Shown: positions 1 through 9,737 of the stretch, piece by piece
How the letters are laid out: each line of letters opens with the position of its first letter
Position numbering within the stretch: the stretch's first letter is position 1
Source: an uncultured Fretibacterium sp.
Lineage (GTDB): Bacteria; Synergistota; Synergistia; Synergistales; Aminobacteriaceae
Assembly: GCA_937915835.1 (NCBI GenBank)
Contig: CALGHA010000151.1
Span: 18,962-82,961 of the forward strand
Direction of reading: 5' to 3'
Length of the DNA stretch: 64,000 bases
Translations under genes and position numbers: made by a program
The notes under the pieces: generated by a model
The model's database searches: none
What the model saw: the letters and a program-made list of their open reading frames with translations, nothing else
What the model was told of the DNA's origin: nothing

Positions 1-324
1 CTTCAATATTCTACGTTTCATCTCAGCTTCAGTGTACATGTTCACGCCATTACGATAACGAATTGAGCCGCCCAGTCCAAGAAAATTTATTCCGTTGAAA
101 GTGAAAATTTTCCCCTCAATGCAGGTTCCGCCGGACGGAGCTGACTTGTCATGATTGCCGAAAACGTAAATTAACGGGACATTCAGCATGCTCACGAGAA
201 ATTCAAGATATTCCGGGCTTAAATCTCCGCACGAAATTATCAGCTCAACATCTCGCGCGTAATCCTTAACTTGTCCGCTCCATAACAAACTTTCCTCTTC
301 GTCGGCGACAGCTAAAATCTTCAT
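1..324 (-). CDS. Metallophosphoesterase (calcineurin-like) family protein, 5' part; gene continues beyond the left window edge
   Basis: Reverse-strand ORF open to nt 1 with ATG at 322-324. It is absent from the supplied track because it has no stop in the window. Hand translation MKILAVADEEESLLWSGQVKDYARDVELIISCGDLSPEYLEFLVSMLNVPLIYVFGNHD... shows the GD and GNHD motifs of metallophosphoesterases. Confidence 0.6.
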   Translation of the reverse strand, partial: MKILAVADEEESLLWSGQVKDYARDVELIISCGDLSPEYLEFLVSMLNVPLIYVFGNHDKSAPSGGTCIEGKIFTFNGINFLGLGGSIRYRNGVNMYTEAEMKRRILK

Positions 325-336
325 AGCTCATTCTCA

Positions 337-2226
337 CTAATTACGCTTAATCATCAATCCATTTGCTTTGACAGCTCTTTGTGCGTTGAGTGTTAAATCG
401 TCATAAGCCGGAAATTTCCCCCTGACGTTTTCATTGAGCCAGTCCATTTGAACAATTTCTTCGGTCGATGATACGATTTTTTTGCTGCCGTCCTGAGAGA
501 TTAATTCGCCGTTAAACGGGTTAAATGCTCCTGAGATTATCGCCCCTTTCATCGCGTTAATGAGCTTGAGTGAATTGGCCGGGACTTTATCCGAAAATTC
601 AACGTCAACAACTCCTGATGACATCCCCCACCAGTAATTTAACGCGTTATCATTCTCGTTCCAGTCGTCATTAATGAACTTATCGATTATCAGCGAATAA
701 TAACGCCCCCATTTGTAGACGCACTTCATAAATATATTTACACCTGTCTCACTCAGATTATATAATCCGAATTGGCCGTCGTCATTTTTCGGCAATGGAA
801 GGTCAGGCCCCGCGATAATTCCGGGATTGTTAATCTTGATGTCTTCGTGCCAATCTCCAGACTTAAGGCTTGACCACGATAAAAGTATTTCAGCGTTCGG
901 ATTTGTCATAGAAGCTCCGATTGCGAAGGCGTTAATGCTTGCGACAGTCCCGCATAACGGGTAATTCGAGACATAAGCGATTTTGTCATTACGTGTCAAA
1001 ATTCCGGCTAACATTCCCTGCAAAAATTTTGCCTCATACATTCTCCCGCAGTAAGTCCTCACGGAGTTATAAAGCATGTGGACCGAACAATTCAGGAATT
1101 TAACGCTCGGATTTCTGACAGCCGCCCTCAAAGCGTCCTCAATCTGAACAGGTGAAGTCGTGATGAATAATTCCGCACCGTCCTTCAAGCCGGAATTTAC
1201 AGCCTCATCAAATTTCTCTGAAGTGTCGCAATTCTTGAACGCACGAGTTTCTACAGTCCCAGAAAAATTTTCCCTCAATGACAATCTACCCTGTTCATGG
1301 CCGTTAATCCAGCGAGATTTTTCCGGATCTCCGTCGTAGATAAACGCAATCTTCAACGGAGCTTCAGGAGAATATTTTTTGCCGATAATTCCCGTTAATA
1401 TTCCAGTGAGAAAACTTTTCTTAGCTTCAGGCTCAGGATTTTCCGAAAAAGTTATCGTCTTAATGTTGAACTCTTTACGCAAAAGTGAGATGTTAGCTTT
1501 GATTTTCTCGTCACTGTCATGAATTAGGCTCTCAGGTTTGAAAACTTCAGCGTACAATAAAAATTCATCAGCAAAATATAACGTGTTATATTTTTCCGTC
1601 AATAATCGTGAAAAGTTATAGAGTTCGGACTTGAGATTAAGAATTAATTCTTCCGGCCATCGTTCAGCTAATGACATCCCGAAAATTTCAGCAAGTTTTT
1701 CATAGCTTCCTTCTTCCGAGAAATTAAGCCCGTAAAAATTCGTACACTTAAAGAACTTCAGAAACTCACGGTAAATTCTCACGTCCTTAGTGTCAATATC
1801 AGGCGGCATAATCCGTATAACGTCGGCTAAGATTTCCGGCTGACCAAGAAACTTTAAGACTGAAACGCGTTTATTCCCCTCAGCGATGTAAAATCTTCCC
1901 ATGAACTCATAAGCCTTTACGGGATCCGAAATTCCTTCACGCTCCTGATAAGCTAAAACGTTCAGCCATTTCATAGCAAATTCGGTGTTGTCTGACAAAA
2001 GCGGCATGTAATTACTCGCGAATGACTGCTGACGACCTTTAGTGAGAGTTCCATTCACGAGAGCTAAGGGGATTTCAAGCTGACCAACAGGCTCTTCCTT
2101 GAGTTCGTTTCTGTTACGAAGCATCTCATCAAGAGCAGGAAGATACGGCCATTTTCCAGCCGCAACATCACGCTGATATTCTCGTTCTCCGAGTTTTCGG
2201 GCTTTCGTGTAATCTAAATTTGACAT
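337..2226 (-). CDS. Cytoplasmic fusion protein: N-terminal ParB/sulfiredoxin-like domain plus C-terminal BMP (PnrA/Med-type) binding-protein fold; function unknown
   Basis: 629-aa ORF whose start overlaps the stop of the alpha-galactosidase gene at nt 2226. No signal peptide or lipobox at the N-terminus. FYIAEGNKRVSVLKFLG resembles the ParB-like DGxHR core. KIAFIYDGD...YCGRMYEAKFLQGMLAG...AYVSNYP...INAFAIGA resembles BMP-family binding proteins. Assignment is by motif memory only. Confidence 0.55.
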   Translation of the reverse strand: MSNLDYTKARKLGEREYQRDVAAGKWPYLPALDEMLRNRNELKEEPVGQLEIPLALVNGTLTKGRQQSFASNYMPLLSDNTEFAMKWLNVLAYQEREGISDPVKAYEFMGRFYIAEGNKRVSVLKFLGQPEILADVIRIMPPDIDTKDVRIYREFLKFFKCTNFYGLNFSEEGSYEKLAEIFGMSLAERWPEELILNLKSELYNFSRLLTEKYNTLYFADEFLLYAEVFKPESLIHDSDEKIKANISLLRKEFNIKTITFSENPEPEAKKSFLTGILTGIIGKKYSPEAPLKIAFIYDGDPEKSRWINGHEQGRLSLRENFSGTVETRAFKNCDTSEKFDEAVNSGLKDGAELFITTSPVQIEDALRAAVRNPSVKFLNCSVHMLYNSVRTYCGRMYEAKFLQGMLAGILTRNDKIAYVSNYPLCGTVASINAFAIGASMTNPNAEILLSWSSLKSGDWHEDIKINNPGIIAGPDLPLPKNDDGQFGLYNLSETGVNIFMKCVYKWGRYYSLIIDKFINDDWNENDNALNYWWGMSSGVVDVEFSDKVPANSLKLINAMKGAIISGAFNPFNGELISQDGSKKIVSSTEEIVQMDWLNENVRGKFPAYDDLTLNAQRAVKANGLMIKRN

Positions 2227-4400
2227 TAATTTTTTACCCTCTCAAACTTGAACACATAACTCTCATAATCTCCAGAGGGCTTATTCAGAGGCAGGCCGAT
2301 ATTCATTAGAGCGTCAGAGGCGTAAACTTTTCCCGTGTATTTTTCCCTGTAAAATTCTCCCGGCAAAAGTCCTCGTGGAGTGATATAAACTGTCGGCATA
2401 TTTCCCTTGTTAGCGATTATCACGGCACAAACGAGTGCGGAATTTCCATCAAGTGAGAGATATTCCCAAGCTGATAAATTTTCGTCGAATGAAAGCCGGT
2501 AATATTTCCCGTCGTTGATTAATTCTGAATTGGCCTTGTAATCCCGAATTTGTTCGCGTATCTCGTTTTTCTCGTCATCGCTTAAAATTGCCGGGTTGAG
2601 TTCATAGCCGAAAGCTCCGGTTAAAGCTGAGACGTAACGAGTTTTCAGTGAGACACTCCGGCCGGTCTGATGATTGGGACATGCTGAGACGTGAGCACTA
2701 ATCGTTGACATTGGATAAGCAAAGGAAGTCCCGTAATGAATAAATAATCTCTCGATAGCGTCAGTGTTGTCCGAACACCAGATTTGCGGCGTGTAATATA
2801 ACATTCCAGCGTCAAAGCGTCCGCCTCCTCCTGCACAGCCTTCGATTAAGACGTTGGGATAATTCGCTGTCAATTTTTCAAGAAAGTCATAGAGGCCGAG
2901 AATATAATCATACAAAACTTTTCCTTGATCCTCTTCAACTCTGGAATAAACATCAGCAATTGACCGGTTGAAATCCCATTTGAGATATTCGATATTGCAA
3001 GTGTCTAAAATTTTGCACAAAGAGTTATAAAGATATTCCCGAACTTCTGAGCGCGAGAAATCAAGAACTAATTGCTGACGGCATCTGACTGGAGATTTTC
3101 CCGGAACTGTTAATGCCCAATCAGGATGTTCACGGTATAAATTGCTGTCCTCGTTTATCATTTCAGGCTCAACCCATAAGCCGAACTTTAAGCCGAGTGA
3201 ATTAACTTTTTCAACGAGTTCTGAGAGTGAACAACCTAATTTTTTCTCGTTCGTTGTCCAGTCACCAAGCCCGCTGTTGTCGTCGTCGCGTTTACCAAAC
3301 CAGCCGTCGTCAAGAACAAGCATATCAACTCCGAGCAATTTTGCCTGTTCAGCTAGCTCAAGAATTTTTTTGCCGTCAAATTTGAAGTAAAATGCTTCCC
3401 AGCTGTTGAGAATTACAGGACGCGTAATATCCCGATATTTCCCTCTGCAAATATTTTTACGAATGCAGGTGTGTAAATTATGTGAGAGTTTTTGCAAGCC
3501 TTCATCGCTGAACGTCATAATTACTTCCGGAGCAATTAACTTTTCGCCAGGCTTGAGGGAATATGAGAATTTCTCTTCAGCCATTCCAATTTGCCAGCGA
3601 GTTTGATTGAACTGGTCGAGCTCAGCTTCAGCCTTAAATCCTCCGCTGTAAACAAATTGCATAGCCCAGCAATTCCCGGAAGTCTCGTTAGCTTCGTGGT
3701 CGGCCAATATCATAAACGGGTTGTATTGATGTGAGGACATCCCGCGACGACTTACGATGATTGATGAACCGTGATGAAGCTCCCGGCGGTCAAATTGGCG
3801 TTCCATCATGTGCCTTCCGTGAAAGGTGATTAAGTCAAATTTTCCGTGTGTAAAGTCAAGGCAGGCCGTCTGAAATTTCTCAACCGTGATAACCTCATCG
3901 CTGAAGTTCTCGAGTATCGCGGCTCGTGTGATAATGTCAATCTCCGGCAAAACTCCGTAAAGCAAAGTTACATGAAAACGCTGCCCCTCAAGATAAATTT
4001 TCAGAGTTTGCGAGTTTTTCTCGTCGTCGTAAACCGCCGGAAGTCCTTCAAGTGAATATTTCCCGTCAACAATCTCATAGCCTTTATAGCGCAAATCACA
4101 GCCGAAAGTTCCTGCCCCATTACGAACGACTAAGAGCGGGCTTCTGTAGTCCCCTGTTCCCTGCATTGGGAATTCCTGAGGCAGATAATCAAGCGAATAC
4201 GTCCTGTTCTCGCCGGCGTCGTAAGGGCTTCCCGAAAATCCCCTGTCTGCAAAAGCTAATACCCAGTCCATGACACCTTGAGACTTCGGGCCGTAATACA
4301 GGTGCAAGAGAAATCCGAGCTTGTCAACTTGGAACTGATACGTTGAGTTTCTCGTGTGAAGAGTGAATGTTTTATTGTCAGCATTATAATTTATTGGCAT
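2226..4400 (-). CDS. aga: Alpha-galactosidase, glycoside hydrolase family 36
   Basis: 724-aa ORF. It has a typical GH36 N-terminus (TLHTRNSTYQFQVD..LLHLYYG) and core motifs LVLDDGWFGKRDDD, YLKWDFNRS and EGCAGGGGRFD. It lies in a sugar ABC-transporter locus. Confidence 0.9.
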   Translation of the reverse strand: MPINYNADNKTFTLHTRNSTYQFQVDKLGFLLHLYYGPKSQGVMDWVLAFADRGFSGSPYDAGENRTYSLDYLPQEFPMQGTGDYRSPLLVVRNGAGTFGCDLRYKGYEIVDGKYSLEGLPAVYDDEKNSQTLKIYLEGQRFHVTLLYGVLPEIDIITRAAILENFSDEVITVEKFQTACLDFTHGKFDLITFHGRHMMERQFDRRELHHGSSIIVSRRGMSSHQYNPFMILADHEANETSGNCWAMQFVYSGGFKAEAELDQFNQTRWQIGMAEEKFSYSLKPGEKLIAPEVIMTFSDEGLQKLSHNLHTCIRKNICRGKYRDITRPVILNSWEAFYFKFDGKKILELAEQAKLLGVDMLVLDDGWFGKRDDDNSGLGDWTTNEKKLGCSLSELVEKVNSLGLKFGLWVEPEMINEDSNLYREHPDWALTVPGKSPVRCRQQLVLDFSRSEVREYLYNSLCKILDTCNIEYLKWDFNRSIADVYSRVEEDQGKVLYDYILGLYDFLEKLTANYPNVLIEGCAGGGGRFDAGMLYYTPQIWCSDNTDAIERLFIHYGTSFAYPMSTISAHVSACPNHQTGRSVSLKTRYVSALTGAFGYELNPAILSDDEKNEIREQIRDYKANSELINDGKYYRLSFDENLSAWEYLSLDGNSALVCAVIIANKGNMPTVYITPRGLLPGEFYREKYTGKVYASDALMNIGLPLNKPSGDYESYVFKFERVKN

Positions 4401-4491
4401 TACATCATTGCTCCTTAATGTCAGAGTTCAAAGCCTGTGAGTTTTCTGCACAAGCCTATAAATTTTACTCACAGCGTCAATACGTCTTGAT

Positions 4492-4518
4492 AAAAATTTG
4501 AGGACAGCCAGGCCGTCC
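4492..4518 (-). terminator. Weak intrinsic-terminator-like hairpin between the permease gene and aga
   Basis: On the minus strand GGACGGC-CUG-GCUGUCC forms 7 bp including one G-U pair (nt 4518-4502). It is followed by UCAAAUUUUUA, with the U-run at 4496-4492. The U-run does not directly abut the stem. Confidence 0.3.
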
Positions 4519-4591
4519 CCATGATAAAAATATGCTTCTTTTACGCAGATTATGTTGAAAGTTACAGTATTCCGCGCAAGTTTTTCACGAT

Positions 4592-5440
4592 TTACTTCAC
4601 TGCTCCGTTGATTACGCCGTTGATGATCTGCTTCTGAGCTACAAGATAGAATATCAACATAGGCAATAACGCGAGCAAATATGACGCAAAAGCTAAGTTA
4701 TAGTTCGTTCCGAATTGAGTCTGGAAGTTCAGCTGTGCAAGAGGCAGTGTGTTTACTCCGCTTCCTGACATTATGACTAATGGGGTCATTACGTCGTTCC
4801 AGGTTCCCAATGCCGTAAGAACTGCAACTGTCGCGTGCATAGGCCACATTAACGGGAAAATTATCTTCCAGTAAGTTGTCCATGTCGAAGCCCCATCAAC
4901 GTGAGCGGCCTCCTCAAGAGCAATCGGAATATTTTTCAAGTAGCCGGCATAAAGCAAAACGTTCATAGGCATGTAAAACACGACATATAGCACAATTACT
5001 CCGAACATGTTATCAATATGCAATTGCGCCGTCTGTTTGACAAGAGGCATCATCAATATTGCGAACGGCACGAACATTCCGCTGACGATATAGAAATAGC
5101 TGAAACGGTAAAACTTGCTCGTGTTCATGTTACGCGCGACTGCATAGCCCATAAGCGAGTGAATTACGATTGAGACTACCATTGTGAGAGCTGTGATTAA
5201 GAAGCTGTTGAAGAGTGAACGCCAGAAATCCGTAACTCTCATTGCTTCACGGAAATTATCGAGGCTCCAGGCTTTCGGGAATGATAATAAGCCGATTACG
5301 TCGTTCGTCATTTCACTGGGCTGCTTAAAGGCAATTATTACGGTCATGTACAGCGGGAATAAAACCGTGAACAGTCCAAGTAATAATAAAATTGTTACGG
5401 GCCAGTTAAATCTTTCTTTGACGATTATATTATTTTCCAT
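4592..5440 (-). CDS. Carbohydrate ABC transporter permease (MsmG/MalG-like)
   Basis: 282-aa polytopic membrane ORF with the EAA loop LEEAAHVDGASTWTTYWKIIFPLM. Adjacent to a second permease, a binding protein and an ATPase. Confidence 0.9.
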   Translation of the reverse strand: MENNIIVKERFNWPVTILLLLGLFTVLFPLYMTVIIAFKQPSEMTNDVIGLLSFPKAWSLDNFREAMRVTDFWRSLFNSFLITALTMVVSIVIHSLMGYAVARNMNTSKFYRFSYFYIVSGMFVPFAILMMPLVKQTAQLHIDNMFGVIVLYVVFYMPMNVLLYAGYLKNIPIALEEAAHVDGASTWTTYWKIIFPLMWPMHATVAVLTALGTWNDVMTPLVIMSGSGVNTLPLAQLNFQTQFGTNYNLAFASYLLALLPMLIFYLVAQKQIINGVINGAVK

Positions 5441-5442
5441 GA

Positions 5443-6294
5443 TTATAACTGCTCCTCCCTCTTGTTCAAAAATCTTAACTGCAAGACTGAGATTATAACT
5501 ATTACGATGAAGAATACGACAGCGTTTGCACTCTGAAATCCGAATTGGCCGCCGTTCATACCGTTGTTATAAATCAAGAATGAAATTGACTCCGTACTCT
5601 GAGCAGGTCCGCCCTTCGTCAAAGCCATGATCTGATCGAACACCATCAAGTTATTCTTCATGCAAAGTACCATGTTAATCGTAAAGAACGGCATGATTAA
5701 CGGGAACGTAATATAACGGAATAACTTCCAGCCCGTCGCTCCGTCGAGTGAAGCCGCCTCGTAAACATCTTCGGGAACCGTTTGAAGTCCTGAAATGTAT
5801 ATCAACGTGTTCATTGCTATTGACTGCCACGCACAGACTATAACGATTGCCAGCCATGCCCAAGTTTTACTTGCTAACATACTCGCCGCATGAGTTAAAG
5901 CCGGAAGAATGTACGTGAATATATAGCTGAAGATATAGCCCACGACCAATGCGCCTAAAATATTCGGGATAAAGTACATGCCCCTTAAGAAACTCTTGAA
6001 GCGAATTTTCGAGTTAAGCGCAAGTGCCATAATCAAGCTCAAAATATTAATCAATATCGTAGCGACTAAGGCCAATTTGAACGTGAACCAGTAAGAATTG
6101 CCGACCCTCGTATCAGTGAATAAGTCCTCATAATTCCTCCAGCCTACCCAGTCAAATTTTCCGTAGCCTCTGAAATTAGTAAAACTGTAAATAAATCCTC
6201 GAATTAGCGGCATCGTGTTAAAGCAGAAGAATAACAACAAAATCGGAACCGCTATTAATAAAAACGTTCGCTTTCGTTCATTCTGACTTTTCAT
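5443..6294 (-). CDS. Carbohydrate ABC transporter permease (MsmF/MalF-like)
   Basis: 283-aa membrane ORF with the EAA loop YEAASLDGATGWKLFRYITFPLIMP. There is a 2-nt gap to the downstream permease. Confidence 0.9.
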   Translation of the reverse strand: MKSQNERKRTFLLIAVPILLLFFCFNTMPLIRGFIYSFTNFRGYGKFDWVGWRNYEDLFTDTRVGNSYWFTFKLALVATILINILSLIMALALNSKIRFKSFLRGMYFIPNILGALVVGYIFSYIFTYILPALTHAASMLASKTWAWLAIVIVCAWQSIAMNTLIYISGLQTVPEDVYEAASLDGATGWKLFRYITFPLIMPFFTINMVLCMKNNLMVFDQIMALTKGGPAQSTESISFLIYNNGMNGGQFGFQSANAVVFFIVIVIISVLQLRFLNKREEQL

Positions 6295-6311
6295 GAATTG
6301 AACCTCCCCTT

Positions 6312-7556
6312 TTAGCGTGAAGCGTTGTATTTCTGGAGCTTGCTGATAATATCTCTGTTGTAGCGTATCCAGTCCTTGTCAAATTTCTCAAGGAAAGCAT
6401 TAACATCGCCCTGAATTAAATACGTCTGGATCTGAGCATCAACGGCCATCTCTGACGGATAATGATGGTCCTGATAATCCGCCATTTTTCCAGCGTCAAT
6501 ATACTTCTTCATTCCGTCAAGCATCGGCGTGAGCTTAAACTCTCCAACCTGGCAAGGCACGGAGTTTTGATCGTCAACGTAGAACTGAATATTTTCCGGA
6601 TCAAGCAGGAAATCAAGGACTTCATACGCGGCTTCTTTGTTCGGGCATGCTTCCATTACGCAGAACATAATATCAACGCCGGAGTTAAGAGTTTGACCGT
6701 TCGGGTCGTCGCTTCCAGGCATAACGAAAGAGTCAATCTTTAAATCAGGATTAACTGACAAAATTTGAGGGATTGCGTAATTTCCGATTGCGAACATTGC
6801 AGATTCTCCGCGAGCAAAGGCTGTGCATGCGTCATTATAGCTGTAAGCAAAGGGGCCTTCTTCGGCGTATTGTAGCAACGCATAAGTCTTCTCGGCAATC
6901 TCACGATATTCTTTCGCGAAAGTCGTTTTGCCCATGTTAACTTGCTGGCAGACATCCGCAGGAGCTAAGTCAACCGCTAAAGCATTCCAAGGGGCTAAAG
7001 TCGTCCAAGTATCTTTATAACCTGAATATAACGGTCTAATCCCTGCCGCTTTAATATCCTCGCAAAGTTTTATGAACTCCGGCCAAGATTCCGGGATTGT
7101 CCAGCCGTGAGCGTCGAAAATTTCCTTGTTATAGAGAACGCCAGCCGCATTAGCCATGAAAGGAACTCCGAAAACTCCAGGTGTCGGCACAAATTCGAGA
7201 CCTTCAAGAATGTCAATATAGGCTTTCTTTATCTTCGCAAGTCCCCTGTAATTCGAGACATCCGCGAGCAACTCTGCATCCTGGAAGTTTGAATAGTTCA
7301 TATCTCCGCCAATGCCGATCATGTCCGGGTAATTCTCACGGATAAATCTTGTCTTGAGTATCGTAACAGGTTCATTAGGCGACGAAATCGTAAGATGAAT
7401 ATTCGTGTGTGTCTTGTTGAATTTCTCTGCAAGCGCATCAAATATCCTGAAGGCTTCGGGTTTATACTGGACAAGCTCAATCTCAATCGGAGCCGCCCAA
7501 GCACAACTTGCCATGAATATCACAACAAGCAGAGAGAATATTAATTTTCTTCTCAT
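6312..7556 (-). CDS. Extracellular sugar-binding protein of an ABC transporter (family 1 SBP)
   Basis: 414-aa ORF with an N-terminal signal or lipoprotein-like leader (MRRKLIFSLLVVIFMASCAWA). Size and position fit the binding component of the msm-like operon. Confidence 0.85.
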   Translation of the reverse strand: MRRKLIFSLLVVIFMASCAWAAPIEIELVQYKPEAFRIFDALAEKFNKTHTNIHLTISSPNEPVTILKTRFIRENYPDMIGIGGDMNYSNFQDAELLADVSNYRGLAKIKKAYIDILEGLEFVPTPGVFGVPFMANAAGVLYNKEIFDAHGWTIPESWPEFIKLCEDIKAAGIRPLYSGYKDTWTTLAPWNALAVDLAPADVCQQVNMGKTTFAKEYREIAEKTYALLQYAEEGPFAYSYNDACTAFARGESAMFAIGNYAIPQILSVNPDLKIDSFVMPGSDDPNGQTLNSGVDIMFCVMEACPNKEAAYEVLDFLLDPENIQFYVDDQNSVPCQVGEFKLTPMLDGMKKYIDAGKMADYQDHHYPSEMAVDAQIQTYLIQGDVNAFLEKFDKDWIRYNRDIISKLQKYNASR

Positions 7557-7573
7557 GTCATGACCTCCCTTTA

Positions 7574-8674
7574 TTAATGAACGATTGCCTGCTCAGTTTC
7601 TTTGTCGAATACGTGAATTTTATCCGTGTCGAAAGCAAAACTCACGGTATCGCCGACAGCTGCTCTGCTTCCCTGACCAACTTTTGCGGACATTGAGGCT
7701 CCTGCGAAGTCGAAATACAACTGAACCTCAGCACCGAGAAGTTCAAATACTGTAATCTGTGCATTAAACGCTGAAGTCAATTTGCAAAGTGCTTCTGCTT
7801 TAGCATCATAAACATTCTCCGGACGAACTCCCATTACTACAGTTTTGCCGGTGTAGCCTTTTTCTTTCAAGACTGCGGCCTTCTCTGCTGGGATCTCAAA
7901 TTTCGTTCCGCCCGCTTCAAGCTCTGAACCGTTAAATTTAGCGTCAACAAAATTCATTTGGGGTGAGCCGATGAAACCAGCGACGAATAAGTTATTGGGC
8001 TTGTTGTAAAGGCTTGTCGGGCTGTCAATCTGCTGTGCAATTCCGTCCTTCATTACGACTATGCGAGTTCCGAGTGTCATTGCTTCGGTCTGGTCGTGAG
8101 TAACGTAAATTATCGTAGCTCCGAGCCTGTCATGTAACTTCGCGATTTCCGCTCTCATCTGAACACGTAATTTTGCGTCCAAGTTTGAAAGAGGCTCATC
8201 CATCAGGAAGACTTGAGGACTTCGGACAATTGCACGTCCCATAGCAACACGCTGACGCTGACCACCGGATAATTGCGACGGACGACGGTCAAGAACTTTT
8301 TCGAGCTCCAAAATTCTTGCGGCTTCACGTACTGCCTTGTCAATTTCGGCCTGCGGAACTTTCTTGAGCTTTAACGCAAAAGCCATGTTGTCATAAACCG
8401 TCATATGAGGATAAAGCGCGTAATTCTGGAACACCATCGCAATATCTCTGTCCTTTGATTCGACATCATTAACAACTTTATCACCGATTTTGAGTGTTCC
8501 TGAGCTGATATCTTCAAGGCCCGCAATCATGCGTAACGTTGTTGATTTTCCACAGCCTGAAGGTCCGACGAAAATGATAAATTCCTTGTCTGCAATCTCA
8601 AGATTGAAGTCCTTGACTGCCTCATAACCGTTTGGATATTTCTTCCAGATATGCTCAAGCGATAAACCTGCCAT
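7574..8674 (-). CDS. Sugar ABC transporter ATP-binding protein (MsmK/MalK/UgpC family)
   Basis: 366-aa ORF with Walker A GPSGCGKST, signature LSGGQRQR and Walker B FLMDEPLSNLD. A C-terminal MalK-type regulatory/TOBE-like extension is present. Confidence 0.92.
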   Translation of the reverse strand: MAGLSLEHIWKKYPNGYEAVKDFNLEIADKEFIIFVGPSGCGKSTTLRMIAGLEDISSGTLKIGDKVVNDVESKDRDIAMVFQNYALYPHMTVYDNMAFALKLKKVPQAEIDKAVREAARILELEKVLDRRPSQLSGGQRQRVAMGRAIVRSPQVFLMDEPLSNLDAKLRVQMRAEIAKLHDRLGATIIYVTHDQTEAMTLGTRIVVMKDGIAQQIDSPTSLYNKPNNLFVAGFIGSPQMNFVDAKFNGSELEAGGTKFEIPAEKAAVLKEKGYTGKTVVMGVRPENVYDAKAEALCKLTSAFNAQITVFELLGAEVQLYFDFAGASMSAKVGQGSRAAVGDTVSFAFDTDKIHVFDKETEQAIVH

Positions 8675-8873
8675 GTAAGCAACTCTCCTTTTTGGGTTGG
8701 AATGTTATAAATTTTGGGAAATTTAGGATGAATTTATTATAGAATATTAGCATTGCACAAAATGAATTTACATAAGATAATTTATAGCGTAAAAAGTTTT
8801 TTATTAACCTGAAAATGTTATATTACTTCTCATAATGATAAATTTTTTCTCAAGCATAAAGGAGGAATGTCGC

Positions 8874-9728
8874 TTGCAAAAAGTTACGTTCAAAGTTATC
8901 AAAAATCAAAATTTTGTAGATTTCAATCTCTATCAATTCGGGAAAGAAACTTGTGACCCCGGACATTCTTTCGGACCTGCACAGAGAAATCATTACTTGT
9001 TTCATTACATTCTTTCAGGACGAGGCACGCTTTTCTCCGATAACTCTCAAGGCCACACGAATACATACAAACTTCATGCGGGGCAGGGCTTCTTAATCGT
9101 TCCAAAGCAGATTAACACTTACATTGCCGACGTAAATACCCCTTGGGAATATACTTGGCTTGAGTTCGACGGCTTACACGTGAAACAATATCTCGAATCT
9201 TCGGGCTTAACGTTTAATCAGCCGGTTTACAGGTCAGAATTTCCGGAGTTGCGCGAACAAATGAAACGTGAAATGCTCTATATCGTGGACAACAAGGAGG
9301 CTTCAGACTTTCATTTAATCGGACATCTTTATTTGTTCATGGATTATCTCACGCGTTCAGTCAGGAATGTTCCGTTAATCGGAAGCTCAAGACTGAGAGA
9401 ATTATACGTTCGTGAGGCAGTCGCGTTCATGGAGAAAAATTTTAAGGAGGAAATCTCGATTGAGGAAATCGCTAAATCTCTCGGCCTTAACCGAAGCTAC
9501 TTCACAAAAATTTTCAGGCTCGCAACGGGAAAAACTCCTCAGGCTTTCTTGATGAATTACAGGATGATTAAAGCGGCAGAATTATTGACATTATCGGACT
9601 TGAGAATAAGCGAGATTGGCGAGGAAGTCGGGTATTCAAGCCAGATAAATTTTTCGCGGGCATTCAAGAATATTTATTCTGTGTCGCCTCGTGAATGGAG
9701 AAATACTCATAAAATTATTAAAGCCTGA
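8874..9728 (+). CDS. AraC-family transcriptional regulator (MsmR/RafR-like), divergent from the sugar operon
   Basis: C-terminal AraC HTH (IEEIAKSLGLNRSYFTKIFRLATGKTPQAFLMNYRMIKAAELL...FSRAFKNIYSVSPREWR) with an N-terminal cupin-like sensor. The ORF track starts at ATG 8835 but no SD precedes it. In-frame TTG 8874 lies 8 nt after GGAGG (8861-8865), so I prefer it. The start is uncertain. Confidence 0.85.
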   Translation: MQKVTFKVIKNQNFVDFNLYQFGKETCDPGHSFGPAQRNHYLFHYILSGRGTLFSDNSQGHTNTYKLHAGQGFLIVPKQINTYIADVNTPWEYTWLEFDGLHVKQYLESSGLTFNQPVYRSEFPELREQMKREMLYIVDNKEASDFHLIGHLYLFMDYLTRSVRNVPLIGSSRLRELYVREAVAFMEKNFKEEISIEEIAKSLGLNRSYFTKIFRLATGKTPQAFLMNYRMIKAAELLTLSDLRISEIGEEVGYSSQINFSRAFKNIYSVSPREWRNTHKIIKA

Positions 9729-9737
9729 AAGCTGGTT

